A stretch of 64,000 nucleotides of DNA. It comes from Eledone cirrhosa (taxonomy: Eukaryota). Below the pieces are notes generated by a model, which worked only from the letters and a program-made list of their open reading frames with translations, ran no database searches and had not been told where the DNA came from. The DNA lies in contig OZ024752.1 in NCBI GenBank assembly GCA_964016885.1, forward strand, positions 32,984,001 to 33,048,000, in the 5' to 3' direction. This document shows, in pieces, positions 62,133 through 64,000 of this stretch. Position 1 is the stretch's first letter. Each line of letters starts with the position of its first letter. A program made the position numbers and the translations under genes.

Positions 62133-62326
62133 TATATATATATGTATTTATATGTGAGTATATATATATGTATATATATATGTGTATATATACATACATA
62201 TATATATATACATATATATATAAATACATATATATATATATATATGTATATATATAAATATATATATATATATTTATATATATATATATGTGTATATATA
62301 TATATATGTGTGTATATATACATACT

Positions 62327-62406
<80 letters not shown>

Positions 62407-62478
62407 TAGATATATATGAAAGAAGTTCAGTAGAAAATGGTTGAGATATTTTTTTCAGTATAATATACATATACATAC

Positions 62479-62580
<102 letters not shown>

Positions 62581-62889
62581 ATATATATTAAAAGAGATCA
62601 ATGCATTATATAACGATGATGCAACTCCATGATCAGTGAATGGGAGCACTGAAGCTAAAAATCCAAGATCTGAGGACATTTTCACACTGCCAATATCATA
62701 AGGAAACCACATATCTAATAGTTTGCAGAAAAACAATATAATCAGGCTAAAAGAGGCAGAATAAGTATTTTACTTAAATAGCCACTAATTTTTTATAAGG
62801 TTGATATGGTGCCATTTTATGCCAGTAAAAATCATCAACATTTACCGATATATATATAAAGAGACAAAAATGAGAAATACATACATAGA

Positions 62890-63398
62890 CTAGCAGAAAA
62901 CCACACGTTAGGCGGTTTTCTGCTAGTCTATATATCTAAAACAGAGAATGTCTGTCTGTCAGCTCACTAAAACTTGAGAACCATCCAACTGATTGTTTTC
63001 AAACTTTAGACATGTAATACTTATGGTCCTGTGAGTGTTTTGAGCAAAAATTATTTCAAATTTTCAATGCCCTAGGGACCGCATTAGGCGATTTAGCGTT
63101 CTCTCTATATAATTCTTAGTCTTTCTTTTTAGATAGATACATAGATATAACGTTGCGCCCTTATAATATCTGTCTGTATGTCTGGCTGTCTGCATTACGT
63201 CATTATGACGCGCTCAGTCATATGTATCGTAATGCAGACAGCAAGACATAGCTTTCCTTCCCCTCTTCCAGCGTCTCTCTCTCTCTCCCTCCCGCTATCC
63301 CCCTCTTGTAGTCTGTCTCTTTCTATCACTCTCACTCTCTCTCTACGCGTCGGACAGACAGACAGAGAAATTGATGGTTTTATATTATAAGGAGATAG
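62890..63398. mobile_element. Cluster of Helitron-like termini
   Basis: CTAGCAGAAAACC..GGTTTTCTGCTAG, then TCTATATATCTAAA..TGTCTGTCTGTC (5' end, +). An opposed 5'-like end at ~63350-63398 (-). Confidence 0.55.
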
Positions 63399-63809
63399 AA
63401 ACATACATAAGTGTATGTGGATATAGATGTGTGTATATATATATACACACACACATACATACACACACACACATATATATATATATATGCAAAAGTTCTA
63501 TTTTAAATTGTTCGGATACAACAAGTAAATATTTTTATAACTGATATAAAGCACTCGACAACTTTTTGGAGTAGATATACGATATTAATAAATGGAAACT
63601 ATATTTATAAAACCATATTTATTTCATTATACATATTTCAGGGATACCAAATTAAATTATGGTATGCCTTGATCAGACAAAATACAATATATAACAGTTT
63701 TACAAATAAGCTTTGACGTACCCTATTAAAATGCAACCAAATATGTATAATGAAATAAATATGGTTTTATAAATATAGTTTCCATTTATTAATATCGTAT
63801 ATATATATA

Positions 63810-64000
63810 TGAAAAAGTAAGTCCTTCATCAGTGACCCTCCAACCGTCCCAGGCATTTCATCGCTTTAAGGGCCATATGCCTCAGGTTGGTGCGAACAAC
63901 GGCTAAAAAAGTCGTTGGGACACGTAAATAAAGGGGACGTTCGACTTTTTTTAGCCGTTGTTCGCACCAACCTGAGGCATATGGCCCTTAAAGCGATGAA
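63810..64000. mobile_element. Fold-back element family O (runs off window)
   Basis: Inverted arms about ~63930. Homologous to 57667-57805. Confidence 0.7.

Overview
Eukaryotic, very AT-rich, repeat-dominated window with no supportable host gene. Nearly all long ORFs in the track are translations of (TA)n, (CA)n, (TATG)n, (GGT)n or (CT)n repeats. The repeat repertoire looks like an octopus/cephalopod genome (inference from recognisable SINE and LINE tails, not verified). Ordinary content: many tRNA-derived SINEs, 5'-truncated LINEs (Tx1/L1-like, RTE-like, R4/Dong-like), non-autonomous Helitron ends, a hAT-type MITE and minisatellites. The main signal is in the short islands between the (TA)n tracts. 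These belong to at least a dozen distinct non-coding families (about 45 copies by eye), most forming head-to-head fold-backs with both 3' ends running into (TA)n. Most families carry a type I hammerhead ribozyme (HHR) motif, complete or truncated: stem I-CUGANGA-stem II-GAAA-(often palindromic) stem III-UH-stem I'. This matches the ribozymes of Penelope-like element (PLE) pseudo-LTRs and retrozymes. Several families use non-canonical cores (compensatory U3-A8 UUGANAA, or CCGANGA). The best example, 35351-37030, is a young ORF-less 593-bp monomer in tandem plus inverted copies, with one HHR per monomer and an inversion junction at the predicted cleavage site. It is a candidate circular-RNA retrozyme that targets TA microsatellites. 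Folds were assigned by eye; activity is untested.
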